A stretch of 64,000 nucleotides of DNA from the IMG/VR virus record IMGVR_UViG_3300034102_001457, positions 15,858-79,857 of that record. One strand, written 5' to 3'. The notes under the pieces are model-generated. The model was not told where the DNA came from, did no database searches, and was given only the letters and a program-made list of their open reading frames with translations. This document shows, piece after piece, positions 1-8,685 of this stretch. Position 1 is the first letter of the stretch. Every line of letters begins with the position of its first letter. This DNA comes from a virus. Made by a program: the position numbers and the translations under genes.

Positions 1-1
1 C

Positions 2-160
2 GGAGCAATTACTGGCTTATTAGACCATGTTCATACTTACGACGGAAATGTTTTTTCTGTTTCGGAATCTACAGTTGCATCAACTGGAACCTTAGATGGA
101 GGAAATCCATTTTCAGAGTTTGGAAACTTACCAGGAAATCTTGATGCAGGTGAAGCGTAA
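2..160 (+). CDS. 3' end of a truncated virion/fibre-associated protein
   Basis: Open frame from the window edge ([15 protein letters not shown]...TLDGGNPF...LDAGEA*); stop TAA overlaps the ATG of the next gene (TAATG). Confidence 0.65.
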   Translation, partial: GAITGLLDHVHTYDGNVFSVSESTVASTGTLDGGNPFSEFGNLPGNLDAGEA

Positions 161-1116
161 TGGCTATTGTACAAATAAGACGTGGCACTACATCTCAATG
201 GTCTCAATCTACTAAAATATTAAAAGTAGGCGAGCTTGGAATAGATACAACTCTTAATAGATTAAAAATTGGTAACGGTACAAGTCTTTGGAGTAACCTT
301 CCTTTTATTATAGGAGATAGAGGTGCAGATAGTACAGTTCCAGGTCCAAAGGGCGATACTGGAGATCAGGGCCCAGTTGGCCCAACAGGTGCAGCAAGTA
401 CTGTGCCTGGACCACAAGGTCCAGCAGGGCCGCAAGGGCCACAAGGACTAAAAGGCGATACAGGATTAACAGGACCAAAAGGCGATACAGGATTAACTGG
501 CGCAGCAGGTGCACAAGGAATTCAAGGTTTAACAGGTCCACAAGGTTTAAGAGGAGAAACAGGTTTAACAGGTGCAGCAGGTGCAGCAAGCACCGTACCT
601 GGGCCACAGGGTTTAAAGGGAGATACTGGTGACACAGGACCACAAGGTCCACAAGGATTAAAGGGCGATACTGGAGATCAGGGCCCAGCAGGCGCAGCAA
701 CTTTTAATGGACAAACAGATGTAACAAACGCTGGTCTTACAATTGATAAAATTGCTTATCCTGCAATTACTAGGTTAGATGTAACAAATAGTGGATCTTC
801 AGCATATCTATTTATGAATCAATATGGCGGAAGCAATCCAACAATATATGCAATTTCAGGTACAACCATAGCATTTAATTTAAATGTTTCTGGACACCCA
901 TTTTTGATTAGATTTTCTGGAGCAAATTACAACACAGGGCTGATTCACGTTTCAACAACAGGAGTCATATCTACTGGTACCGATGCTCAAGGCAAAACTA
1001 GCGGAACCCTATATTGGCAAATTCCTCAAGGTATAAACGGAAATTACGGATACCTTTGCTCGTTTCATAGTGGAATGACTGGTACCATAACTATTAAGGA
1101 TATAGCAACAATATGA
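160..1116 (+). CDS. Fibre protein: Mtd_N/HylP-like N-terminus, collagen-like G-X-Y region, C-terminal cupredoxin-like domain
   Basis: [11 protein letters not shown]...GELGIDTT...KIGNG...W..LP N-terminus; long GPQGPQG/GDTG repeats; GHPF...[11 protein letters not shown]. Confidence 0.8.
   Translation: MAIVQIRRGTTSQWSQSTKILKVGELGIDTTLNRLKIGNGTSLWSNLPFIIGDRGADSTVPGPKGDTGDQGPVGPTGAASTVPGPQGPAGPQGPQGLKGDTGLTGPKGDTGLTGAAGAQGIQGLTGPQGLRGETGLTGAAGAASTVPGPQGLKGDTGDTGPQGPQGLKGDTGDQGPAGAATFNGQTDVTNAGLTIDKIAYPAITRLDVTNSGSSAYLFMNQYGGSNPTIYAISGTTIAFNLNVSGHPFLIRFSGANYNTGLIHVSTTGVISTGTDAQGKTSGTLYWQIPQGINGNYGYLCSFHSGMTGTITIKDIATI
349..688 (+). repeat. Nucleotide repeats inside the collagen region
   Basis: AAGGGCGATACTGGAGATCAGGGCCCAG at 349 and 661; AAAGGCGATACAGGATTAAC at 451 and 478. 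Confidence 0.8.
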
Positions 1117-1343
1117 CAATAGAGACCGTAGGTAATTGGGAATGGGAAGTAGAGGAAAGCGATACAGCGCCTCTGCTTAATTTGACTATCAAAAATATTT
1201 CTGAAAATAAAACAGTAAAACTACTTAATATTAATTGGGCTACTGGAAGAGAAGACTTTTTAGAGCACTCTTACAATATGGCAATTGAAACTCTGAGCGG
1301 AGGAGACAACTGCTGTCTTGAAGGAAAGGTTGTGATGATATAA
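1113..1343 (+). CDS. Small hypothetical protein
   Basis: 76-aa ORF, ATGA overlap upstream and directly abutting the next gene. Confidence 0.6.
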   Translation: MTIETVGNWEWEVEESDTAPLLNLTIKNISENKTVKLLNINWATGREDFLEHSYNMAIETLSGGDNCCLEGKVVMI

Positions 1344-2816
1344 ATGGCATCTAGAATAAGAATAAGAAGAGGCACAACAACTCAATGGAACTCTTCTACC
1401 AAAATTTTGGAGTCTGGCGAACTTGGTATTGACACAACTTTAAACAAGGTAAAAGCAGGAAACGGAATTAATATCTGGTCAGCCTTGCCTTATCTAACAC
1501 CACCAGTTGCAGAAGTACAAGAAATGGCACAAGATGGAGTAGCCGCAGCTTTATCTGCTGGAACGCATTCAAATATAGTTGTATCTTACAGTGATGAGAA
1601 TAACAGCATAAGTCTTTCAACTGGTCCAGATGTAGTAACAACAACTAGTCTTTCAACAACTTTAACAGATTCAACAACTGGATATGTTCCATACGGAGAT
1701 ATTGGTCAGCCAGATGGAGTGGCTTCACTAGATTCAAGTGGTAAGATTCCAGACTCAGAAATTCCAGCCACTATTGCTAGAGATACAGAAATTCCATCAT
1801 CAACATCTTCTCTATCAGAAGGAACAAATCTTTATTTTACAGATGAGAGAGCACAAGATGCGGTAGGTAACAGCCTTGGATCTGGATTATCATACAATGA
1901 TACAACTGGTGCAATATCTGTAGATACTTCAATTATATCTACTAAGACATATGCTGAGACAACAGCTACTACAGCAGCTACTACAGTATTTAATAATATA
2001 TTGGATTCTGCTCCGACAGCTTTAAATACTTTAAATGAACTTGCAGCAGCAATAAATGATGATCAAAACTTTGCAACCACTATTACAACAGCATTAGGAA
2101 CAAAATTAAATACAGCAACGGCAGCTTCTGACTATTTAAAGATAACTGATGCTGCTTCTACATATTTATCACAAACAGCAGCTACAACAACCTACCTAGC
2201 TAAAACTCAGCCAGCTTTAGACTATCAGATTTTTAATAGTGGAACAGGTGGATACGTAGTAAATGGAACTATAAATGGACCAATTACTTTAATTCCTGGA
2301 AAGCCTGCCAGAATTTCTATACAAGCACCAGGACATCCGTTTTGGTTTCAAACTTCATATGGAGCATACAATCAAGCAAATGTTTATGAGACTGGTATAG
2401 CAGGATCTGGAACAGCTACTGGACAAATAGAAATTTTACTTCCACTAGATGCTCCACAGCTTTACTATGCATGTCAATTCCATGAGCCAATGAAGGGTGT
2501 TGTTTTATTTGAAAAAGATAGCAGCCTTCAAACATTTGCCGCCAAGACTGGGTCTTATACTGCAGTTTTAATGGATATGGGAAAGATTATTGAAATGTCA
2601 GGTGGCGGAACCTTTACAATAACAGATTCAACATCATTCCCAGTAGGAACAACATTTGAAGTTCTTCAAACTGGATCTTCTCAGGTAACAATAGCTGGAG
2701 ATGGTTTTACTATTAATGCTACACCAGGTTTAAAGCTCAGAACACAGTGGTCTGCCGCAACTATAATCAAAAGAGGCACGAATAGCTGGGTCGCTTTTGG
2801 AGACTTGGTAGCTTGA
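1344..2816 (+). CDS. Tail-fibre-like protein (Mtd_N-like N-terminus, fibre repeat, cupredoxin-like domain, C-terminal adaptor-like domain)
   Basis: IRIRRGTTTQW N-terminus paralogous to 160..1116; LDSAPTALNTLNELAAAINDDQNFATT fibre repeat; GHPF...YYACQFHEPM. Confidence 0.8.
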   Translation: MASRIRIRRGTTTQWNSSTKILESGELGIDTTLNKVKAGNGINIWSALPYLTPPVAEVQEMAQDGVAAALSAGTHSNIVVSYSDENNSISLSTGPDVVTTTSLSTTLTDSTTGYVPYGDIGQPDGVASLDSSGKIPDSEIPATIARDTEIPSSTSSLSEGTNLYFTDERAQDAVGNSLGSGLSYNDTTGAISVDTSIISTKTYAETTATTAATTVFNNILDSAPTALNTLNELAAAINDDQNFATTITTALGTKLNTATAASDYLKITDAASTYLSQTAATTTYLAKTQPALDYQIFNSGTGGYVVNGTINGPITLIPGKPARISIQAPGHPFWFQTSYGAYNQANVYETGIAGSGTATGQIEILLPLDAPQLYYACQFHEPMKGVVLFEKDSSLQTFAAKTGSYTAVLMDMGKIIEMSGGGTFTITDSTSFPVGTTFEVLQTGSSQVTIAGDGFTINATPGLKLRTQWSAATIIKRGTNSWVAFGDLVA

Positions 2817-2819
2817 TAA

Positions 2820-3902
2820 ATGTCAAGACTCAATAAAAAATTTTTTAGCCGATTAGGTATCAGAAAAGTAGATGTACCCAACCTATCTGGATTAAATAGA
2901 GACCAGGCAATAGCTGTATTAAATGCCGTTGGCTTAGTGCCAGTAGATACTCCAACAAATACAGAAAATATTAATTTAAATCTAGGAATTGTTTCTCAAT
3001 CGCAAGCTGCAGGATCTACGGTTTTAATTGGTTCACAAGTTTCTTTTAATTATTATAATTATGTAGCTCCACCAAACTTTAACCCAGGATTTAACCCAGG
3101 ATTCAACCCAGGATTTGCTAACCCAGGATTTAACCCAGGATTTGGTGTTGTTTGTGATTATGTTGATGCACCAACTTACTGTACTGGTGTAGACTCTCAA
3201 GGCTACGGAGATGCTTATCAGCGGTCATGGACAGCTGGATGTCCAGATGTTTATTTAGGAAGAAGTTTCTGTGGTGTTCCTAACCCAGGATTTAACCCAG
3301 GATTCAACGAACCAGCATTCAACGAACCAGCATTCAACGAACCAGCATTTGACACACCGCTCTTTGGAGGATCTGGAGATCTGACTAATCTTGATCTTAG
3401 CGCACTATTTAGTTTTGGTGGCAAAAGCGTTGGCATTACAACTTTAGTTAGAACTACCGATGGTCTTGTTAAAGCAGGAGATTTACGAGTCGGAGACACT
3501 CTTTTATCTGCAAATATTGAAGGATTCCCTTATGAAGGAGATGAAGGAATAACTGCTCAAGCGATTGCTTGGTCAGATAATAATCCTAGCATAATCCCAG
3601 AAGTTACAACTATAGCTAATATCTATAAAACACAATCTGCATATGCGGTTGTAATTAATGAAGATATATTTTCTCAATACCACTATATTTTAATTAAAAG
3701 AAATGGCGTATCTAAGTTTGAAACTTCAGTAAATATAGTTAAAGAAACTGATTTGGTTTATTCATATGACACTAGCAGCTGGGAGCCTATTTATCTTTAT
3801 GAAATAGTTCAGGCTCCACACGATATTATTTCTATCAACTGTGAGCCATACGATATGTTTTTTACAGAAAGGATGTTAACTCATGATTCAAGCGCAATAT
3901 AA
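2820..3902 (+). CDS. PASTA domain + Pro/Phe repeat + Hint (intein-like) domain protein
   Basis: VPNLSGLNRDQAIAVLNAVGL...VSQSQAAGSTV (PASTA); 7x NPGF and 3x NEPAF; SVGITTLVRTTDGLVKAGDLRVGDTLLS (Hint block A), FSQYH (block B), ISINCEPYDMFFTERMLTHD (blocks F/G). Confidence 0.8.
   Translation: MSRLNKKFFSRLGIRKVDVPNLSGLNRDQAIAVLNAVGLVPVDTPTNTENINLNLGIVSQSQAAGSTVLIGSQVSFNYYNYVAPPNFNPGFNPGFNPGFANPGFNPGFGVVCDYVDAPTYCTGVDSQGYGDAYQRSWTAGCPDVYLGRSFCGVPNPGFNPGFNEPAFNEPAFNEPAFDTPLFGGSGDLTNLDLSALFSFGGKSVGITTLVRTTDGLVKAGDLRVGDTLLSANIEGFPYEGDEGITAQAIAWSDNNPSIIPEVTTIANIYKTQSAYAVVINEDIFSQYHYILIKRNGVSKFETSVNIVKETDLVYSYDTSSWEPIYLYEIVQAPHDIISINCEPYDMFFTERMLTHDSSAI
3081..3143 (+). repeat. 12-bp tandem repeat encoding NPGF x5
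   Basis: AACCCAGGATTY units with one GCT insertion. Confidence 0.95.
3282..3350 (+). repeat. Tandem repeats encoding NPGF x2 and NEPAF x3
   Basis: AACCCAGGATTY x2, then AACGAACCAGCATTY x3. Confidence 0.95.
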
Positions 3903-4428
3903 TATTATAGAGATGAAAATGGTCGGAGAAAACCTTGTGCCCGTATTTTCTGCAATGCCTAATGAACTAAAGGGCTCCTGGATACATGTTACAAAATTAA
4001 ACCATTCATCTATAAAATATGTAAGCGCAATTTATTTTAATGATGTGCATCCCGAAAACACTGTCGTTATTTCAGATTATTTTCCTACAGAATACCCAGA
4101 CTTGTATTGCACCGTTAATAAAAATGGAAGAAATGAAAGAGTTTATGTAAATCCAAAATATAGAAAAATGGGGTTGCTGGGAGTTTCTGGATTAGTTGCT
4201 AGAGCAATATTTAATGATTATTTAAATATAATTATGGATGTGCCTTTAGATAGAAGCGAAAAAACTGAAAAAGCTACTAAATTAGTTAAAGATGTATGGC
4301 AAGAAAAAATAGAAAGCATTCCTCTAGAACAAAAATCATCAATATCAGTATTTGATATTGACCCGCCAAGAGATCCAGCTTATCCAGATGTTTGGCATGG
4401 CCACAGACCAGGAGGAAAAAATGGTTAA
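3883..4428 (+). CDS. GNAT-like acetyltransferase (putative)
   Basis: ERVYVNPKYRKMGLLG matches the GNAT acetyl-CoA-binding motif A (V.P.YR..G); start may be 3913 or 3919. Confidence 0.55.
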   Translation: MIQAQYNIIEMKMVGENLVPVFSAMPNELKGSWIHVTKLNHSSIKYVSAIYFNDVHPENTVVISDYFPTEYPDLYCTVNKNGRNERVYVNPKYRKMGLLGVSGLVARAIFNDYLNIIMDVPLDRSEKTEKATKLVKDVWQEKIESIPLEQKSSISVFDIDPPRDPAYPDVWHGHRPGGKNG

Positions 4429-4951
4429 TAAAATATTTTCAGAACAGGATATAAGTGTTTACAGTTTTTCATATATAAGAGACACAGAGCTTCAAGTTAT
4501 GCTTTCAAGCTTTGAAGAGATTTCATGGATAGAAAGAGTAAATGGTTTTAAAGAAGGAATAATTAAAACAACAAACTTTAAAAATTTAAATTTAGAAAAT
4601 AGGAGGCTATATATTAGCTATATTTCTGAAATAAATTCTTATCTTCATGACAGATCCCTTGCATTTGTTTATCCAATAGAGAATGTGTTTTTAAAAATAA
4701 TTCCAGAAACATCATACATGCAAGAGTTTTTAAACCCAGGACTAATAGATACCATATCAATTATTTATATAGTAAATAGCAATCACACGGGATCTAATAT
4801 TACATTCTTAAACAAAGATATTTCTATACCACTATCAAAAGGTAATTTAATAATTTTCCCATCTTCAGAAGAATATAGGTATAAGATTTCTGAAGTTTCT
4901 TCTGGAGAAATGATTGTTGGAGTTTCTTACGTAGAGGTTAAGAATGATTAA
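4421..4951 (+). CDS. 2OG-Fe(II) oxygenase-fold protein, apparently lacking the metal ligands
   Basis: GGAGG at 4411 before ATG 4421; ISIIYIVNSNHTGSNITF...KGNLIIFPSSEEYRYKISEVSSG parallels the P4H-like C-terminal strands, but no HxD and Y in place of the distal His. Confidence 0.6.
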   Translation: MVNKIFSEQDISVYSFSYIRDTELQVMLSSFEEISWIERVNGFKEGIIKTTNFKNLNLENRRLYISYISEINSYLHDRSLAFVYPIENVFLKIIPETSYMQEFLNPGLIDTISIIYIVNSNHTGSNITFLNKDISIPLSKGNLIIFPSSEEYRYKISEVSSGEMIVGVSYVEVKND

Positions 4952-5534
4952 TACAGAAAGTCAAAATAAAAACGAAAACGTTATATACAGAGAAAAAAGA
5001 AAAACAATCTCAGTTAAAGATAAATTTGATACACTGGGCCTATATGAAAAAATAATAAATGAATTAGATAAATCTGAAAAATTCTATGATTTCCCACATT
5101 CTAATGAAAAAGATATCAAGGTATACGATAAAAATAATTACAATCCATTTTTTATGCATGACGAACAAATGTATTTTCTTTTTCAAAAAGTATCTCTATT
5201 AATAAAAAATGCATGTGAAAAATATCAATTTAGCTACTTAAAAAATAAATATTTTATTTACTCTTCATTAATTGAAGACCAGGACCCGTCTTTATGGTAT
5301 GATGCTGGTGGTACATCAAGACCCTCAATGTTTGGAATAATTTCTCTAGACTCAGAAAAAACAAGATTACTAATTAATGAAGAAGAGTTTGAGATAGAGC
5401 CTGGAGAAATTATTGTTTCGGAAGCGGGCAATAAAATTGTTTATTCTAATAGATTTAAATCAATAGTGTTTTATGTAAGCCCATTATCAGAAATAAAAAA
5501 TCAGTATTCACAAAAGTGGATACCTTTAGTCTAA
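4944..5534 (+). CDS. Degenerate 2OG-Fe(II) oxygenase/cupin-fold protein
   Basis: LWYDAGG...MFGIISLD...IEPGEIIVSEAGN resembles a double-stranded beta-helix; context between two oxygenase-fold genes. Confidence 0.4.
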   Translation: MINTESQNKNENVIYREKRKTISVKDKFDTLGLYEKIINELDKSEKFYDFPHSNEKDIKVYDKNNYNPFFMHDEQMYFLFQKVSLLIKNACEKYQFSYLKNKYFIYSSLIEDQDPSLWYDAGGTSRPSMFGIISLDSEKTRLLINEEEFEIEPGEIIVSEAGNKIVYSNRFKSIVFYVSPLSEIKNQYSQKWIPLV

Positions 5535-5550
5535 AATAAAAGGAGATATT

Positions 5551-6201
5551 ATGATAATTGACACCCCAGCAATTGGAATAAAAATATATAGAAACGCTTT
5601 GCCAGAAGCAATGAACATTCCAGCAAGGCTAGAAAAGGTCTTAAGTTCAGGTAAAAGCTCAATGTTTAAGTGGTCGATTGCCACAGTTGGAGACCACGTA
5701 CAAAAATTAGATTACAGAGATTGTGTCGATTTTAAAATCAAAAGAGATTCTTTGAGGCCAGGGAATGAACTATCTGACGAAATAATATCTGTTCATGATC
5801 AAATAACAGAAAAGCTTCAAGAGTGTTTAAAGGATTACATGAGAGCATACAATACGAACACACTGCACTACATGGAAGCTATAAACTTTGTTCGTTATGG
5901 AGAAGGACAGCATTTTAAAACACACCCAGACAGCGGCCCAAGCTATTCATGCGACGTATCTACTGTTATGTATTTAAATAGCGACTATGAGGGTGGAGAG
6001 CTGTACTTCCCCCATTTTGACTATACCTATGTTCCTCAATATGGCGACATTGTGCTATTCCCATCTAGCTATCTTTTTTCACATGCCGCCTTACCAGTAA
6101 AGTCTGGAATAAAGTATTCTGCAGTAACTATGTTTTCATATAACGATAGAAACCATCAAGATCATGGTAGGTATCAGGGCCAGGTTTCTAAAGTTCTATA
6201 G
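5551..6201 (+). CDS. Prolyl-4-hydroxylase-like 2OG-Fe(II) oxygenase
   Basis: VRYGEGQHFKTHPD (HxD), VSTVMYLNSDYEGGELYF, GDIVLFPSSYLFSH (distal His), VKSGIKYS (2OG-binding Lys). Confidence 0.9.
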   Translation: MIIDTPAIGIKIYRNALPEAMNIPARLEKVLSSGKSSMFKWSIATVGDHVQKLDYRDCVDFKIKRDSLRPGNELSDEIISVHDQITEKLQECLKDYMRAYNTNTLHYMEAINFVRYGEGQHFKTHPDSGPSYSCDVSTVMYLNSDYEGGELYFPHFDYTYVPQYGDIVLFPSSYLFSHAALPVKSGIKYSAVTMFSYNDRNHQDHGRYQGQVSKVL

Positions 6202-6223
6202 ATAGGTAAAGAAACATTTAAGG

Positions 6224-6229
6224 TATAAT
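6224..6229 (+). promoter_or_regulatory. Putative -10 box
   Basis: GGTATAAT in the short intergenic gap before 6250. Confidence 0.55.
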
Positions 6230-6249
6230 TAGGGAAGAGGTGTAAGCAA

Positions 6250-8016
6250 ATGGCAACAAATTTCCCAGCGTCTTTAGACGTTCTAGTTAACCCACAGCCG
6301 AATGATTCGGTTGAGGAAGTTTCCCATTCCGCCCAACATGCAAATGCCAACGATGCAATTGAGGCATTGGAGTCTAAGGTCGGTGCCAATAACTCTACCG
6401 ACCCAAACTCTTTAGACTATAAGGTCAAAACACTTGAAACAAATATCCTAGATATTGAAGAGGTGGAAGATCTTGTCGGCGGCTTGCTTACCACTGGAAC
6501 CCATAACAATATTACAGTAGCATACGACGATGTTGCTAGAAAAATAAATTTAACTGCTACCTATGACGATGAAGAGGTCATGGATGCAATTGCTACTTCT
6601 TTGACAGCAGGCAACGGAATAACAAAAACTTATGATGATGTTGCAAACACAATAACTTTAGCGGTAGATACCTCAGTTATGGCAGATAAGACCTACGTAA
6701 ATACCGCAATATCAAACCTTGTAGATTCAGCACCAGGACTGCTAGACACTCTAAATGAAATTGCGGCAGCAATAGGAGACGATGCAAATTTTGCAACAAC
6801 AATAACATCCGCTCTAGCAACAAAGTTAAATATTACAACAGCAGCAAGCACATACCTTTCAATAGCTGATGCCCCAGAGACAATATCAGATACAACAGGA
6901 GCAATGTTTGCACATAATGGGCATACAAATGTAGTTGCAACTTATGATGATACAACTAATAGGGTAAACCTTTCAGTAATTGCTCAATTAACACAAGAAC
7001 AGGCTCAAGACTATATCGCTCCTCTTTTTGTACATAATTTAAATCCAAACATTACAGCAACCTATGATGATGAAGCAAACAAGCTAATACTAGAAACAAT
7101 AATCCCTCCGTCTAAAGCTATTATGTCAGCTTCTGCCCCATCATCTCCGTCAGACGGTCAATTCTGGCTGGACACTGATGAATTTAGAAGTGGCACAACT
7201 AGAGCCCTCAAAGTATGGAATGCTTTAACTTCAACTTGGGAATACATAAGCTCAGACCTATCTCTTTCTACTACAAATACCTGGACCTCAAAGAATACTT
7301 ATACAAACGGTATTATTATTGGTTTAGATGCCGCACCAACTACTCCAGTACACGGACAAATTTACTACAATAAAATTCTTAACAAGCTAAATGTTTGGGA
7401 CGGCTTATTGTGGAAGGAAGTATCTGGTTCTGGCGGTGGTGGAGGCGGACTCACATTAATTCCAACAGATGCTTCTGCACCAGCAAGTACATTTTTCGTA
7501 GGTCTTATCGAGCCACCAGCGGGAGCAACAACTCTAGGAGATTTGTGGATAGACGTTGATGATGATGCTGGCGCAACAGAATTTATTTATGCTGGACCAG
7601 AAGCCCCAGCAAATTATAATACAGATACTCTTTGGATTGACACAGATGAACCGATAACAGAATTAATATATAGTGCAAATGAGCCAGCAACCCCTTCTTA
7701 CACAGGAGAGCTTTGGATAGACTTAGATGATACTTCAGGACAGTCTATTGTCTCCTCTTTGACCCCTCCAACGCCTGCAGAAACAGATCTTTGGATAGAC
7801 CTAGCAAACGAAGAGGGATACTTAGAGTATAAAGATTTATTTAAAAATGGAGCAGCGTCAGTTCAAGCTTTTTCAAATTTGCCTACTGCTTCTCTTTATC
7901 CAGGGGCAATGATATACGTAGTTTCACAAAAAACAATATATGTATCTGTTGATAATCAATGGAAAAAGATGTACCCAAACTCAGATTCAGAAGTCCTGTC
8001 TTGGATAGGATTTTGA
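6250..8016 (+). CDS. Fibre/appendage structural protein with acidic LWIDxD repeats
   Basis: Repeated NIT(V/A)xYDD motifs shared with 1344..2816; DSAPGLLDTLNEIAAAIGDDANFATT; GQFWLDTD, DLWIDVDD, TLWIDTDE, ELWIDLDD, DLWIDLAN. Confidence 0.7.
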   Translation: MATNFPASLDVLVNPQPNDSVEEVSHSAQHANANDAIEALESKVGANNSTDPNSLDYKVKTLETNILDIEEVEDLVGGLLTTGTHNNITVAYDDVARKINLTATYDDEEVMDAIATSLTAGNGITKTYDDVANTITLAVDTSVMADKTYVNTAISNLVDSAPGLLDTLNEIAAAIGDDANFATTITSALATKLNITTAASTYLSIADAPETISDTTGAMFAHNGHTNVVATYDDTTNRVNLSVIAQLTQEQAQDYIAPLFVHNLNPNITATYDDEANKLILETIIPPSKAIMSASAPSSPSDGQFWLDTDEFRSGTTRALKVWNALTSTWEYISSDLSLSTTNTWTSKNTYTNGIIIGLDAAPTTPVHGQIYYNKILNKLNVWDGLLWKEVSGSGGGGGGLTLIPTDASAPASTFFVGLIEPPAGATTLGDLWIDVDDDAGATEFIYAGPEAPANYNTDTLWIDTDEPITELIYSANEPATPSYTGELWIDLDDTSGQSIVSSLTPPTPAETDLWIDLANEEGYLEYKDLFKNGAASVQAFSNLPTASLYPGAMIYVVSQKTIYVSVDNQWKKMYPNSDSEVLSWIGF

Positions 8017-8028
8017 ACAAATTTATAG

Positions 8029-8034
8029 TATAAT
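8029..8034 (+). promoter_or_regulatory. Putative -10 box
   Basis: AGTATAAT upstream of GGAGG and ATG 8056. Confidence 0.55.
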
Positions 8035-8055
8035 GACACTTGGAGGAATTATAAT

Positions 8056-8676
8056 ATGTCACTAAAGCGTTGGAATGGAACGGCCTGGGTTGTAGTAGCA
8101 GGATCACGACCAGGAGCACAAGGTCCTCAAGGTTTACCTGGACAAGCAGCAACAATATCTGTAGGCGCAGTAAACACATTACCTTCAGGATCAGCACCGA
8201 CTGTTACAAATAGCGGAACATCTTCAGCGGCAATATTAAATTTTAGTCTTCCTACTGGAACGCAGGGCCCAGCGGGTGCTGCAGGTGCAGCGGGACCTCA
8301 AGGAACAGCTGGACAAAGAGGTTCATATAATTTCACTGGAATTGCAGATCCAACAGCACAAAACCCAGCAAACAAATTAGGTTTAGATAATTATTTAAAT
8401 ACAACAACGGGCGATTGGTTCCAATATAATTCAACTACATCGACATGGACATTACAGGGAAATATTAGAGGCCCACAAGGACAGCAGGGATTAACTGGAG
8501 CAACAGGTGCAGTTGGACCTTCTGGTAATGAACTAGCTAATGATATACTTAAGGAAACAACGGTAGCTAGGGTAGATGCAATGCTAAACCTAGGTCTATA
8601 TTATCCAAAGTATACAAGTACTTTGACTCAAACAGAGTTGAACAGTAAATTTGCAGCAACAAGTTATTTATTTTAG
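8056..8676 (+). CDS. Collagen-like fibre protein
   Basis: Three G-X-Y segments; LKRWNGTAW N-terminus; YLNTTTGDWFQY...WTLQGNIRGPQG. Confidence 0.75.
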   Translation: MSLKRWNGTAWVVVAGSRPGAQGPQGLPGQAATISVGAVNTLPSGSAPTVTNSGTSSAAILNFSLPTGTQGPAGAAGAAGPQGTAGQRGSYNFTGIADPTAQNPANKLGLDNYLNTTTGDWFQYNSTTSTWTLQGNIRGPQGQQGLTGATGAVGPSGNELANDILKETTVARVDAMLNLGLYYPKYTSTLTQTELNSKFAATSYLF

Positions 8677-8685
8677 GAGAATATA

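Noticed and set aside
160-2816. Diversity-generating retroelement, suggested by Mtd_N-like domains
   Set aside because: No reverse transcriptase and no TR/VR pair differing at adenines was seen; Mtd_N is only an anchoring module
3081-3350. CRISPR array
   Set aside because: Units are 12-15 bp, contiguous, in frame and have no spacers
3426-3902. Mobile intein with homing endonuclease
   Set aside because: About 154 aa with no LAGLIDADG/HNH region, and not inserted in a conserved enzyme
4352-4420. Upstream start extensions given in the ORF track (also 14895, 18370, 20715, 31612, 53934, 54565, 56297, 56491, 62691)
   Set aside because: Downstream starts have better SD sequences or stop-start coupling
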